DNA of 64,000 nucleotides from Dipteris shenzhenensis (GCA_047967505.1 CM106538.1), one strand, 5' to 3'. Shown: positions 48,701 to 62,418, counted from the first letter of the stretch. The notes: generated by a model not told the origin, from the sequence alone. Translations and numbers: made by a program.

Positions 48701-51113
48701 GGCAGAGAACCTCCAGCCATTGAGAAGGAACCATCCAAACATTGCCGGTCCAAGAGATTAGAGGAGCAAAGAAGGGTGCAGGAACACTTGGTCAACTATG
48801 CTTTGATGATAGAAGTGATCCATCCTGAAGAACCCAAGTGTCCTGAAGAGGCACAAGGTGATGATAGGTGGATGGAGGCTACGCAGTCAGAGTATGGCTC
48901 CATAATGAAGAACAACACTTGGGACCTTGTGGATCGACCACCAAAATGCAAGGTAATCGGAACCAAGTGGGTGTACAAGACCAAGTAGAAGTCCGACGGC
49001 ACGTTGGATAAGTACAAGGCTTGGCTCATGGAAAAAGGATTCGCACAGGTACATGGTTTTGATTATCAGGATACTTTTTCTCCCACAGCTCGACTAATCA
49101 CAATTCACAGTGTTTTGGCTATAGCAGCACAAGAAAGTTGGCCCGTGTTTCAGATGGATGTAAAATCTTCCTTTTTGAATGGAGATCTCAAGGAGGAGGT
49201 ATACGTGGAACAACCACCAGGTTTTTTTATCTCCGGTTTAGAAGGTAAAGTTTGTAAACTGAAGAAGGCATTTTATGGGCTGAAACAGGCCCCACAAGTG
49301 TGGTACCGGCAGATTGATGCCTACTTTCTATAAAATGGGTTCAAGAGGAGCCCATTTGATGCAAATTTGTATAACTAGAGAGAAGGAGGGAGGTGTATGA
49401 TGGTGGTCCTTTATGTGGACAACCTTGTCATAATAGGAAACCATGAAGAGAAGATCTCACAGACAAAGCATTTGCTAGGAAGAGAGTTTGAAATGACAGA
49501 CCTCAGACTGCTGATGCATTTATGTTTGGGGATTGAAGTTTGGCAAGAGCCAAAACAGATCTTCATCTCACAACCGAAATATGCTAGAGAGATACTGAAG
49601 GCATTTGGCATGGCTGAGTGCAAGACAATTGGCACCCCTATGGAGGTTGATGTGAAGTGTTCGAATGAGGATTCATCACCACTGGTGGACGAAGCAAAGT
49701 ATAGAAGGCTTGTGGGCAGTTTGATTTACTTGTGCAACACACGGTCAAACATCAATTTTGCGATTGGTGTACTAAGCAGGTTTTCCAATAAGCCCCGAGA
49801 GAACCATTGGAGGGCAGGGATGCGGGTGCTGAAATACATCAAAGGCACACTTGATTATGGCATCACCTATACCAAAGGCAACATCTTGACCAGATTCTGT
49901 GACTCGGATTGGGTAGGAGACAACGAGGATAGCAGGAGATCAGTGACAGGCTACTGTTTCTCACTTGGATCTAGAGCTGTGTCATGGGTCAACAAGAAGC
50001 AACCCACATTTGCTCTTTCTTCTACCGAGGCTAAGTACAAATCAGCATGTTTTGCTTCTTGTGAGACAGTGTGGTTGAGGAGGATTTTAAGGGACATGGG
50101 TGCATTGCAAAACAAGCCTACGTAGTATCATGTGACAATCAGAGTTGCATGGCAATTGCAAAGAACCCTGTGTTCCATGCTCGCACAAAACACATTGAGA
50201 TTCAATATCACTTTGTACGCGAGCTCATCATGGATGGAGAGCTCGACTTTGTGTACTGTTCGACTATAGAGAATGCTACCGACATTTTCACGAAGGCTCT
50301 TGGAAGAGACTTGCTGGAGAGGCATCTTCATCGACTTGGCATTGGGCCAAAAAAGTAAGTTCACTTGTGAGTGGACATTGAGGGGGGGTGTTAGATATCA
50401 ATGCTCCACTCTCGTGTAACTACATGGGAACCAGCTAACTCTACTTGTAAGCCCCCCATATGAGAAGGCATTTGAGTAGCTCGGTTATCCGATAGGTCCT
50501 GGGTTTGGACACCAGATGGGGGCCATGTGTGGTCTGATGGCTGGACGGCTTCAGATAAAGTTGGCACACTACCACCTAGGCTACATGCAAGTGCAAGAAG
50601 GCATCCCATGACTGACTGCACTGAGGGTAGACGGAGCATTTCTCAGGGCAGCCCACTCTTGGGTTGCAGGGCTCATTTGGAGCGCCAGATGTGATCCCAG
50701 ATGGCTCTGGTCCGAACGATGACCATAGGTTAGTTGCTCTATTTTGCACCACGGTTCTATCATGTGGTCGGTGGCCTATTTTAGGACCGACCCCCAGTTG
50801 ACCATTTTGGGCAAAACGGTAACCCAATTGGGTCTAACCGACTACGACTGGTGGCTATATAAGAGCAAGCCTATGAAGCCCATTATTATCACTGGCTATA
50901 ACAACCCTATTTCTTTAGCATCCAGCCTCCGTCCTCTACTGTTTCCAACATGCCATCGATGCTTCTCTCACAGGAGTGCACGGCTGGGAGGCAGTGCCAT
51001 CTATTGTATCACTTTTACAGTAATCAAATTTTTGATTCTCCATACTATCAGTTTTTCTCTCTTGCATACGAGATCCTATTATCTGTTGAGCACAGACATA
51101 TTGTTTTCTTACA
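45713..51113 (+). mobile_element. Full-length decayed Ty1/copia element with two LTRs and TSD TAAAT
   Basis: 5' LTR 45713-46315, PBS TGGTATCAGAGC 46316-46327, gag-PR-INT-RT-RH remnants about 46386-50358, PPT before the 3' LTR 50389-51113. TAAAT at 45708-45712 and 51114-51118. Confidence 0.97.
46386..50358 (+). pseudogene. Copia gag-pol with many stops and frameshifts
   Basis: WIIDSGA, WHERFGHLN, CEACMMGKQ, LELVHTDLC, QMDVKSSFLNG, FCDSDWVG, RTKHIEIQYHF. Confidence 0.95.
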
Positions 51114-51160
51114 TAAATTGATGCAATTAAAATTTTAAAAATAGCAAAGACCAAACACAC

Positions 51161-52082
51161 CATGTAGTGAGTAATGTGTGATTCACCCCATCCATCTACT
51201 ACCATGGCTTCAATGAACTCATTCACGATGACTTTATATAGTTGCACATCATCATCGTCTATGGAAGGCTTCCTCAAGATCTTTACCAAAGTATCCAATT
51301 CTTTCCAAACACGTATTCTGAAGGTTCTGACATGAGGATCAGCTTCCAAATTAGTCGTGCAATCACATAACTTTTTCCAATAATTCCAATGCAAATTTAA
51401 TCGATGTTTTCCATGATTGGATAAAAACCTTTGTGCCTTAGAGCCTCCCATGGACACTTTATTTGGAAGATTTCCTAAATTTCCTGACAATTGTGTGTCT
51501 TTGATTAGCTTTACATTCCCCCCATGTAGACCCATGCTCAAGAGTAAAGCTTCAACCCTTGTTGCTATACATGATGCTGCTCTCTCCTCCGATTTCATGT
51601 TCCATGCATATACAATGTGCAAGTAAAGCAATTTATCAATGAGTCGCATCTCCACATGTAACACACAGAAATGCACTCTTTGTAATGGAATGTTTAAAAT
51701 TGGATCCCAATTTTTATCATTATGATCTCTGTTGGGTGAAGCATCCTGATTGCAGCTCATTACTCCATTGCTCCAATACATCCATTTGTTAGCCTCATCA
51801 TCTGTGATGTCATTCATTACATCTTTAGCATTCCCCAAAGTCTTTTCCTCTTTTTACTTGCTCTTTCCCTTTATGTATTCCTATGTTACTACCTTAAGTT
51901 TGGTGTGAGTGCATACAAACATTTGCATTTGCATGCAATTCCATTCCAAACGTACACTTCAATGCCTTAAGATCTCCTGCCATGTGCCATTCAACTTTAA
52001 ATGATCCAAACCCATCAACTTGAAGCAACTCTCCTTTTGTTTGCGCATCTATGACACTTGGAATTGGAGATCTATCAAATAA
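51161..52082 (-). pseudogene. RAG1/Transib-like transposase, central exon(s)
   Basis: FDRSPIP...WHMAGDLKALKC, WDPILNIPLQRVHFCVLHVEMRL and WGESHITHYM, followed by a GT donor at 51160. Confidence 0.75.
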
Positions 52083-52476
52083 TATTAGCCGGAAAAGAAA
52101 TCAGGACCAGAGGCTAGAGGCTAAGCATGGCGAAGCTTGAGGGCCATAGAGAAAAGGAGATCGTGAGGGCGAACCATTGTCATGGGAGGGGAAAAGGAAT
52201 TAGGATTGGAAGGAAGGAAGAGGGAGACTATGACACAAGGGGAAAAGGAGAGGGGGAAGAGAAGCATGTACATGATAGGAGGAGGAATGTAGAGATGGAG
52301 ACATCAAGGGAAGAGAACCATACTTTATTTGAAAGAAAGGATGAGAGGGAAATATCAAAATACTAGCTAGGTGGCTTTACAAGAATGAGCGTGTCTCATC
52401 AAAGAATAGCCCCCTCCTTTTATAGCCAAAAGAGGGGGTCTCTCCCAATTAATTTATCCTCCCACATGCATGGTGT

Positions 52477-55257
52477 TGTTGAGATATCGAGCTCCACTCG
52501 CGATATGCCAGGGTGACTGTTGTGCATTTATGTCACCGACTTGTTAGCTGGAGATGCGGTTGGTACACCGTCCACGATGACAGCTATCCTTATCTACTCT
52601 AGTTTGTGGCTCAGTTAGTATGCCACCTTAGTTAGTTGAGTTTGGTTTGAGACCCACATATAGGGTTCTATTTTCTTTGTACTAGAGTTCTTTTGGCTTT
52701 CACAACTAAGAAGAGGAAAATTGTTTTCAGCCTCCACCTTTGTGTGTATTCCCCCAATTGTTCATGTGAGAAAGCCACAAGTGAGACTCCTTCCCTCTCT
52801 CCCACTATCTTCACATGGTGTCAGAGCCTTGTTCGTGATAAGGAGCTCAAGAAAGCAAGCCAAGTTCGTGGTGTCCTGGTAAGAGGACCAGTGTTGCTTT
52901 CCTATTTCGAGTTTGGGAGCAAATCTCTGCAAGTAGCACAACTAGAAGTGCAAGAGTGCACTGTCTCAGATTGAGACGCCCTTCACGGTGTGGCAAGAGT
53001 GCAGTATATGCTGCGGGACAAGGCGAAGCCCTCGGTGACGTTATTTTTCTGATTCGAGGTCATTTCGGGGCCCGTTTTGGGGACGAAAGTTCGCCGCAGG
53101 CACTCAGAAAAAGGCCATGTTTTTGCTGTGCGACCACTGTTCTGCGAGTCGGTGAAAAGTTGCCTCAGAAATTGCATCATATGCCTTTGTGCAGAGATAT
53201 TGGGAGCTGCAGATTCATGCTTGTTGCCTGTTGATGCAAAATCGTCACTAGGAAGTGACTGTGTGGTGAAATACCACTTTCGTCAGTTTTGCAGTTCTGC
53301 CCATGTGAGGCAAAAGCTGTGTTTTTTGCAGTGACAGAATATTTTGCAGTGTTCTATAATGGCATCTGATTCTCTTTTCACAGATTGTCACTGAAAAGCT
53401 TGACAAGAACAACTTCCAGGCATGGAAGTTTAGAATGACGAATTTCTTGATGGGAAAAGGCTATTGGGAGTTCATTACAGGAAATGAAGAAGAACCTGTT
53501 CTTCCTAATGTTCTCAGTCAACAGGAAATGCAGGCATTCAAAGGATGGCATGAGAGAGCCAGGAAAGTTATGTACTGGCTGTCTATTAGTATTTCGGACT
53601 CCATGATTGTGCATATTCAGGATGCAAGTATGCCAAAGGAGGCATGGGATACTTTGGCAAAAATGTACAGCACAAATACGCAAGCCAGGAAAATGCAGCT
53701 CAAGCAGGAGCTACACATGTGCAGAGAGAAAACATGAGCATCAATGACTACCACATGAAGGTGAAGAAAATTGCGGATGCACTTGCTTCCATTGGGTCGC
53801 CAGTGGATGATGAGGATTTGGTTTCTGTGACCTTGAATGGTCTAGGAAAGGATTATGCACAATTCCGGACATCCATTGCCGTCCATGAAAAATTTCCAGA
53901 TTTTGAGGAGTTGATTGCTCTTCTAATTTCTGAAGAGCAGAGAAATGGGGGTGCATTTTCTTCAGCAGGAACTTCAAAAGAAACTATCTTCTACTCAAAC
54001 GCTGGCAGAGGTAGAGGCAGAGGTAGAGGAGGCCAATTTGCAGGCCGTGGTAGAAATCAGAATATGCAGCAAACGCAAGAAAACCAGTCCTATGCAGGAG
54101 GACGTGGTAACTCTAGAGGCAGTGGGAGCCAAAGAGGCCGTGGTGGATGGCAGAGAGGCCAAAATGCAAACAGCAATGTTGAATGCTACTATTGTGGCAA
54201 AATGGGTCATATGGCTAAGGACTGCTATAAAAATCAGAATGACATTATGACTAGAAAATTGCAGCAAGGCAATTATGCATCTTCTAGTAGGCAGGGTGAT
54301 GACAGAAATGAGCATCTATTTATGGTGCAGCATATGACCAATTATGTGACAAGTGCAGAAGAATGAAATGATGTGTGGTATGTTGACTCAGGTGCGTCAA
54401 ACCACATGATAGGTCATGCAGAATGGATGCAAGATGTAAGGAAAATGGAAAAACCAGGATTTGTGGAGATTGGTGATGATACTGCACATCCTATTGTGCA
54501 GATTGGCAAAATTCCTTTGTCTATGCAGGATGGGAAAAAGAAATACTTGTCTGATGTATTTCATGTCCCGAAATCACCAAGAACCTAGTTTCTGTTGGTC
54601 AGATGGTTGAGCAGGGCTTGCAGGTCAGATTTAATCCTCATGGATGCTTTGTTGAGGATATGAAAAATAATGGTCGCTTGATAGCAAAAGGAAAGAAGAA
54701 GGGCAGGATGTTTACGTTGGATGTGGACATGCCTGAATTGAGTGCAGCAATGTTTGCACATGGGACCGGTGTAGTTGCAGATATTGATATCTGGCACAAA
54801 CACATTGGTCATGTTAATATACAACGACTTAAATCAATGCAAGCCCAAAATATTGTTGCAGGATTGCCTAAATTCAAGGTTGTAGAAATGCACAAGGTTT
54901 GTGAAGCTTGTCAATTTGGGAAACAGGCAAGGAAACCTTTTCCTAGGCATGTTCAAGAGAGTAAAAAGCCATTGGAATTAATCCACTCTGATGTGTGGAC
55001 TACTAAAGCTGCATCTATTGGTGGCTGTCACTATTTTGTCACATTTATTGATGACTTCAGCAGAAAACTTTGGGTGTATTTTTTGAAAAATAAAAGTGAA
55101 GTGTTTGGGCACTTCAAAGCTTTCAAAGCTATGGTTGAAAAAGAAACAGGCTTGCAAATAAAATGCCTAAGGTCAGATGGAGGGGGAGAGTACCTCTCAA
55201 ATGAGTTTGTAAGGTTCTTGCAGGAGCATGGTATAAAGCAGCAATATTCATGCAGTC
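52477..55257 (+). mobile_element. Ty1/copia 5' half (LTR 52477-52815, PBS 52816-52827, gag-PR-INT from 53359), same family as 1-1236/5006-5303
   Basis: TGTTGAGATATC...TCACA, TGGTGTCAGAGC, LDKNNFQAWKF, CYYCGKMGH, WYVDSGASNHM, LELIHSDVW, LRSDGGGEY. Breaks off near 55255. Confidence 0.95.
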
Positions 55258-58200
55258 ATAAAATCTATGCCCCACTTCTGAAACGGATGGATGGACATCA
55301 CTGGGTGATGTTGCCCAGGATGCAAATCCTTCCTACCAAAGAATTGGCATGGTTCACAGGTTTTGCAATACAAAGTGACATCCTTGAACAAGGTTGGCCA
55401 ATAGTATCCAGCATGTAAAATCTTCTTAGCTATATAGTCACTGGCATAGTGGCCTCCACAAAATCCATCATGATAATGCTTCAATACCTTAGGCACTTCA
55501 TCTGCATCAATGGCCCATCTTAGTACCCCATCCATGCCTTGATGGTACAACACCCCATCAAGGAGGGTGTAGCGCCTACTATCTCTGCGGATCTTCTTTC
55601 TCTCATAGCTAGTACTTTCTGAAGGAAAGGAGAAAGCAGTCAGAAACTTGTAGATACCACCATACCATGGATCCCCAACTTCTATGGCTGCTACAAGGGT
55701 TACATCAAGGCACTCCTCTAAATCAATCAAAGCATTCTTCAAGTTGGAACAACCCCCTTTTACAATTTTGAAAGAAAAATCATATTCTTGTAGAACTGCT
55801 AACCATTTGGCCAACCGGCCCATGGGATTTGGTGATTGAAGCACCTGCTTTGCAAGACCAATGCTAGTGAGTATAAAGGACTTTCCAGCCACATAATGCT
55901 TAAATTTCTCAATGCAAAACACCAAAGACAAGGCATGCTTGTCAGCCTCTGAATAGCGTCGCTCAGTGTCGAGCAATTATCGAGAAGCAAATCGAATGGG
56001 ATACATGAACCGATCCTCCCCTTGCTGGAGAAGAATACCTGCCAGAGTGTGCTCACCAAACCCAAGATTGATATAGAAAGTCTTTGACCAATCTGGATTG
56101 CATAGAATGGGTTCTAAACCAGAGCATTCTTGATTTGTGCAAACGCATGATCACAATCCTCATCCCAAGAGAAATCAACCCCATCTTTTAATAGCACAGT
56201 CATGGGTCATGTCAAAGCAGCATATTGATCAATGAAGCGGCGATAGTATCCTACTAGATTGACAAATGAGCGTACCTAACGTTTGGTTGTAGGCAGGGAG
56301 AGCTTGAGGATGGCTTCTACCTTCTCGGCTTGATGCCCTCGGATGAGACAATATGTCCCAATAACCTCCCTTGAGTGGCTTCAATGGTGCATTTCTTAGG
56401 GTTGAGACTGCCATTTGCATCATTGACCCTTTGGAAGGCCAATCTAACCTTCATGACGTGCTCCTTACGTGACGAGAATATACAAAAATCATCTAAAAAC
56501 ACCTCCAAGAAATCTCCCAAATAAGGAGCAAACACCATCTACATAAATCTTTGAAAGGTAGCAGGAGCATTGGTGAGGCCAAATGGCATTACTTTGAATG
56601 CAAATGTCCCCCAGGGTGTGGCAAATGTGGTTTTAAGCACATCTTCTTCAGCAATTCTGATTTGATAAAACCCAGAGTAACCATCATAGAAAGTATACAT
56701 CTCATGACCACTTACCTTCTCAAGAATGAGGTCTTGAAAGGGCAGAGGATGATGATCCCTCTTGGTGGTGGCATTGAGTTTCTTATAGTCGATGTAGACC
56801 CGCCACTTGTTGTTTTTCTTTGGGGTGACTACCACTGGTGAAACCCATTCAGTATTGTGAACCGGAACAATAAACCCAATTTCTACAAGCTTCTGCAACT
56901 CTGAGCGCAAAGCATCAGTCTGCAAGGGCCCTAATCTCTGATACTTCTGAGCCACAGGCTTTGCATCAGGCTTCAGCTCTATCTTGTGCTCTATGGCAGT
57001 CACATGGCAAAGGTGGTGGTAGCTAGTTGCAAAGAGGTTAGGGAAATCTTTGAACATTTCTAGGAACTCATCTTTCTCACTTAGAGTGAGGTCTAGGGAA
57101 AGCATAGATTCAAGCTGTTGAGGACTAGCTATTATCTTTTCTGCAGGTGGCAGGGTTGGAGACACCCCCATCATGTAAACTTCCTCCTCTGAGAATTCCT
57201 CCCCCCCGTCTGATTCTTCCATGGACTCTGACACCGAGGATGAGAGAGTATCACTATCTTGCTCCTCTTCTTCTTCCGGTTCCATGGCACTAGGTTGCAC
57301 CGGGATCTTCTCCTTGGAAGCACCAAAAGACATGTGTCTTGTCTTCCAATAGCTGACTGCATCACTCTTTCTTAACCATGGTCTCCCAAGTATGGCTGGG
57401 TAACTTCTGCCTGTATCTTCAATGTCCACTACATAGAAATTGACAGTGGTGGTCAACCCATTGACAGTGATGGGCAAATCCTCAATGACTCCCAGGGTGG
57501 CGAGTCATCGACCATCTGCTACCTTGATTCGAGTGGAGGAACGCCTTGTACATTTCAAATTCAATTTCTTCATGATTTGGGGCACCATGATATTACATGC
57601 AGCTCCCCCATCAACACGCACATTTTTGACACGGCAATTATCTATGATGACATCTACTGTATGTGGGTGCCGATCAATTTCTTCAGAGATAGAAGATACC
57701 TCTCGTACCTTTCCCTTTTTCTTGCTCTTCCTTGTTGAGAGACCTTGCTACAGCTCACGTGTCACCTTAGGGCTTAATGCTATTAGTTGAGGGAGCGTGA
57801 TGCTCAAAGACCGATGAGCAAGGTCCTGAACGACTGAATAGTCTTCTTACCCTGAGCCGATGGGAAAATCCGAGGGTGACCACTTACTCCTACGAGATCT
57901 TTTAGTCTTCTCTATTGGTGGGTCTGCCATCTCAGCATCTGAGGGCTTTGAGAAGGACACCTTCTTCCTGGGGCGGCCCGGTCCATGGTTTGGAGAGGAG
58001 TCCGAGGTGGCACGACTTCTTTTCCTGAGGTCAAGGATCTCTACATCAGAATCCTCAGTGCCCGACTCACTTAGAAGATTCACCCTTGGAATATTGGGGC
58101 ATTCTGTGCGATAATGACCCTTCTGGTGGCACTCGTAGCATACAACATTAGCACGGTCTCTTGGAGGGCGGTTGGCTTGATTTCTGATGCCCACCATCTC

Positions 58201-59035
58201 AAGCCGAAGATCTCATTCAAGGCCTTGGCTAGGTCATTGACTCCAGGTTCTGTTGCAAGGGGGGCCTCTTTAGCTAGAGGGGCCGTGGGAGTAGAGAGGA
58301 GGGGGGCTCGTGGGTGAGGTTGGGGAAATCTTCGAGGCGGAGGGTGAGGATATACACCTTGTTGAGGGTAAGCATCTAAGGGAGGACCATACATTTGAGG
58401 TGGAGGTGGTGGATACATCCCTAATGAGGGGTGGGGGTATGGCCCTGAGTTAGACCCCCCAGGTTGTTGTTGCAGGAATTGAGGGGGTTGCGAAGAAATA
58501 ATCGTCTTCTTTGAAGCGGGGTCAGAGACTGAACTTTATCAAACTTTTGAGCAATCTCATGTGCTAGCACCATAGTTTCTAGATTCTCCTATTTAAGCTT
58601 GAGGTGGAATTCATCACTTGCTCCTGCTACAAGGTAGCCCAGCACATGTTGAGTCATTCCAGCTCAAAATCCAGCATTGTCCTCCTGTGTGGCAATCAAA
58701 CGGTCCAGGAGCACGGCCGCTTGATCCACATATCGACGTGCCGTCTCACCTTCTGACTGCTTCAAGTTTGCCACCTACAGGTACACATTCTTCGGCTCCT
58801 CTTCTTTGCCGAAATACTCAATCATCGCTACTGTCAACCTTGGCCAGCTTTGGCGAACGTCTTCGGCCTGCTTCCCATACCACACTTGAGCCAAACCCTC
58901 TAGAAATGTGGGAAGAACCAACAGCCATCTGTCTTCAGTAAGAAAGTTGAGAGAAACACAACGGCGCTTGAAGGCCACAAGATACTCATTTGGATTTTCT
59001 TCCACCCATCCACAAAACACGGGAATGTCAGCCAT
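55258..59035 (-). pseudogene. Gypsy gag-pol (gag, knuckle, protease, RT, RNase H, integrase N-term)
   Basis: FLEGLAQVWY, CYECHQKGHYRTEC, VDGGAACNI, DGYSGFYQI, VFLDDFCIFS, GRLAKW, HDGFCGGHY...CEPCQ, PFQKWGIDF. Confidence 0.93.
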
Positions 59036-59609
59036 GCTTGGAAGATGGAAAAGAGAGGCTTATCTATGGACAAACAATAGAAAGAGGAAGCTTGAACTGA
59101 AAATCGGGTGAAGATATATCCACAAAGCACACATAGGCAGGGTAGGGTGTGACTGGTGTAGTGTGAAATACTACACAGGAAGAATCTTCAGCATAGAATA
59201 GCACATAGACAATCTTAAAAGGACCAACCCTCATGATATCACATCCATCTTTGCAAACGAGGGTTAGAGGCATGGCGTTGCATGAGGTTGTTCATCAAGG
59301 CAAACAAGAATGCCATGACAAATGTCAACAGTTGGAGAGCTTGCACATCACCTTCAGCTTCTTCCAGTTCTTGTAGTCGCCATGCTATTTCTTCAAGGGG
59401 TGTGCGGTCTGGCATCCTTCTTTTGAGCAATGTCCTTGAGGACCTTTCTGATGATCTTCCGAAGTCGGTGAACTCGTATCAAGTATGTCCAACACTTAGT
59501 TTCATGATGACCACAACCTTTACATTCCTTACAAATGATCACCCTCCTTCATGGCTTGCAGCTTTGTTGGGGTGGTGCTTCCACTCGCATCATGCGTGAT
59601 TGAAGTACA

Positions 59610-59993
59610 AGTTTCACGTGCCAAGAAATCAGCAACTAGATTTTGAGCTCGAGGGATATGCTGAATTTTTACCTCTTCAAATTGCTTGCAAAGTTCCAAT
59701 GCTTGTTGATGTCATGGAACCAAGCCTTTGCTCCGCACCTTCCACCTTCCACTAACTTGTTCACAAACTAGTTGAGAATCTCCTTGCACTTCAAGTTGCT
59801 TGGCATGATGTTCTTGTGCCTTTTGTAGCCCAAAAATGAGCGCCGAGTACTCAGCTTGATTGCAAGTATTTGCAGGTGCAGACTTACTATAACAATACTC
59901 CTCACCATCTGGTGAAGTGAGCTTCACACCCATGCCAGCAGTCTTGGTCGAAGGTTTATAAGCTCCATCAAATTGAAGGATCCAAGATGTCAT
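59610..59993 (-). pseudogene. Stand-alone archaeal-type RNase HI (aRH) ORF upstream of gag
   Basis: WILQFDGA, TCNQAEYSALIFGL, VQGDSQLVCEQVSG, then past one TGA at 59712 HIPRAQNLVADFLAR. Confidence 0.88.
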
Positions 59994-60010
59994 CACACCA
60001 AGACTAAAAT

Positions 60011-60605
60011 TCAGACATCCCAAGTTTCTCGGTAGTCCAGGGGAGAATTCAACACTTGAGCCAAACGTTCAGCACCAAATAAACTTGCAATCCTTTGTTG
60101 ATAGTTTATCTTAAGACCAAAAAGAATTACAACTTGAAGCTCGAAATGAGGCACAAAAGGTTGATTAGGTACAAATGGATTCCTTGGTCGAAACATTACC
60201 AACCATAGCTGAGGCCTAGAAACCTTTGTAGTGAGATTGAGAATAAACCATTCAAGACGAGCTTATCCATAGGAATCAACAAGCAGATGCGCCAAATCTC
60301 CCCCAAGATTGGGGAGCATCCCACGCTTCGATGAAGGACACTGTTTTAATTACCTCTAAAGCAGCAAGTAGTTCGATCACTGCACAATGAGTAGAAGTAA
60401 AATCAAAGTTCTCCCAGCGTATCAGTAGTTCTTTACCATGAATCATCCACAGTGTATCATTCCACCCATCATCTCCTTGAACAATGCACTGGAAAATCAA
60501 CCGTTGAAGGTCGACATGAAGATCAAGGACGAGATCTTGTGCATTGGTAGCTGTAAGGTGCGGAGGACCAGGCACCAAATCCTTAAACACGTCGAGAAGT
60601 GACAT
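60011..60605 (-). other. Additional unknown ORF remnants in the gypsy 5' region
   Basis: Sense-strand ORFs 60276-60605 and 60011-60202 with no recognisable motif. Confidence 0.35.
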
Positions 60606-60931
60606 AAATGTCCACCTCCTCGTGTGGCATGCATCCGTGAAGTGAACTTAAAGAAGTTCTGAATTGGTGATCTAGCAGGAGATGTGAATAGAGCACATGA
60701 AATGAAGTACTTTTGCTTAAATTTACAGCAAGAGCAAACTCCCCATGGTTAGAGAGTTACAGTTGCCGAGATTTCAATATATAAACAAAAATCATTACAT
60801 TTTTACCACTTCCAACTTGTTGGCCCAATGATAAGTCTCCCTTTTGTGAAGGGGGAGGTCTTGGGTTCAAATCCTACTCTTTAATAAAAAGAGAGGAGAG
60901 GAGAGGAGAAGGAGAAGAGAAAGAGAAGGAG

Positions 60932-61417
60932 AAGAAGAGAAGAGAAGAGAGAGGGGGGCACGGGATCTACTGTTACAGTTTTGCAGGAACTCAGAAAACT
61001 GTCCGCGACCAGAAGATGCAGCAGCCGAGAAAACTATCGCACGGTCAAACACAGTAGATGCGCGAATCGAATGCGTGCGCAGTAGCTTAGAAGGAGCACA
61101 GATGGTACAGTTTTGCAGATGCGACCGGTTCGAGTAGAAGATTCACCACTAGCCGTGGAGATTTCGATCCCAGAAGAGAAGAGAAGAGAAGAGAGAGGGG
61201 GGCGCGGGATCTGCTGTTACAGTTTTGCAGGAACTCAAAAAACTGTCCGCGACCAGAAGACGCAGCAGCCCAGAAAATGATCGCATGGTCAAACACAATA
61301 GATGCGCGAATCAAATGCACGCGCAGTAGCTTAGAAGGAGCACAGATGGTACAGTTTTGCAAATGCGACCGGTTTGAGTAGAAGATTCACCACTAGCCAT
61401 GGAGATTTCGATCCCAG
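60932..61417. repeat. Tandem duplication of about 243 bp in the gypsy 5' UTR
   Basis: agagaagagagagggggg...gagatttcgatcccag twice. Confidence 0.92.
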
Positions 61418-61428
61418 CAACCACACCA
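61411..61428 (-). promoter_or_regulatory. Primer binding site, probably tRNA-His
   Basis: + strand reads ATCCCAGCAACCACACCA next to the LTR. As I recall, plant tRNA-His ends ATCCCAGCAGCCACA-CCA. Confidence 0.65.
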
Positions 61429-62418
61429 GTTCTATTAGCTGGAAAAGAAATCAGGACCAGAGGCTAGAGGCTAAGCATGGCGATGCTCGAGGGCCATAGA
61501 GAAAAGGAGATCGTGAGAGCGAACCATTGTCATGGGAGGGGAAAAGGAATTAGAAGTGGAAGGAAGGAAGAGGGAGACTATGACACAAGGGGAAAAGGAG
61601 AGGGGGAAGAGAAGCATGTACATGATAGGAGGAGGAATGTAGAGATGGAGACATCAAGGGAAGAGAACCATACTTTATTTGAAAGAAAGGATGAGAGGGA
61701 AATATCAAAATACTAGCTAGGTGGCTTTACAAGAATGAGTGTGTCTCATCAAAGAATAGCCCCCTCCTTTTATAGCCAAAAGAGGGGGTCTCTCCCAATT
61801 AATGTATCCTCCCACATGCATGGTGTGTGTGGAAAAGTCTCCCATGGGGACTAGGTGGTTACGCACTCTCAATTGTGTGCGACAACGCTTTGCCTCAATT
61901 TTCCACATAAATCAAGCCCCATACCTCAAGTCTATGATACTCCCTTGGTCTCTTCCCAATTTTATAATATGTTCAAACCTCTAGGGGGATAAGTGGAGGG
62001 TTGGCACAAGGAATCTTGCCACCTCATACTACTTTCCCCATTATTTAACTTGCTCTCTTGGACCTTCTATACCTCCCCCACATGGGCCTATCCCATATGG
62101 AGGGAATAATATAATATCCATTTCCACCTATTTTATATTACTTCTCCCATGGACTTTGAGCCATATCTCACTAAATGCAGCCTAGGTGGAGGGGTGGCAC
62201 ATGGAGGAACCATGCCACCTTACATTTTATAATATTACTATCATGGATTATGTACAACACACCTTATGGGTCCTCTTACATGGAAGGGTGGCACATGGTC
62301 ATGCCCTGCCACCTCAACCTTGGGCCCTATGCACACCATATTTTATTATACTATTGCCACATATACAAACACACACATATATTAATGCCTTTTTCCTTAG
62401 ACAATTTTATCCATAACA

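Larger units (their letters stand above)
52083..62418 (-). mobile_element. Ty3/gypsy (non-chromovirus) LTR element with nested copia and internal deletion
   Basis: 5' LTR 61433-62418 and a partial 3' LTR 52083-52476 that is nearly identical. Imperfect 4-bp TSD ATAA/ATAC. Removing the element restores KWVFDR in the interrupted transposase. Confidence 0.88.
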
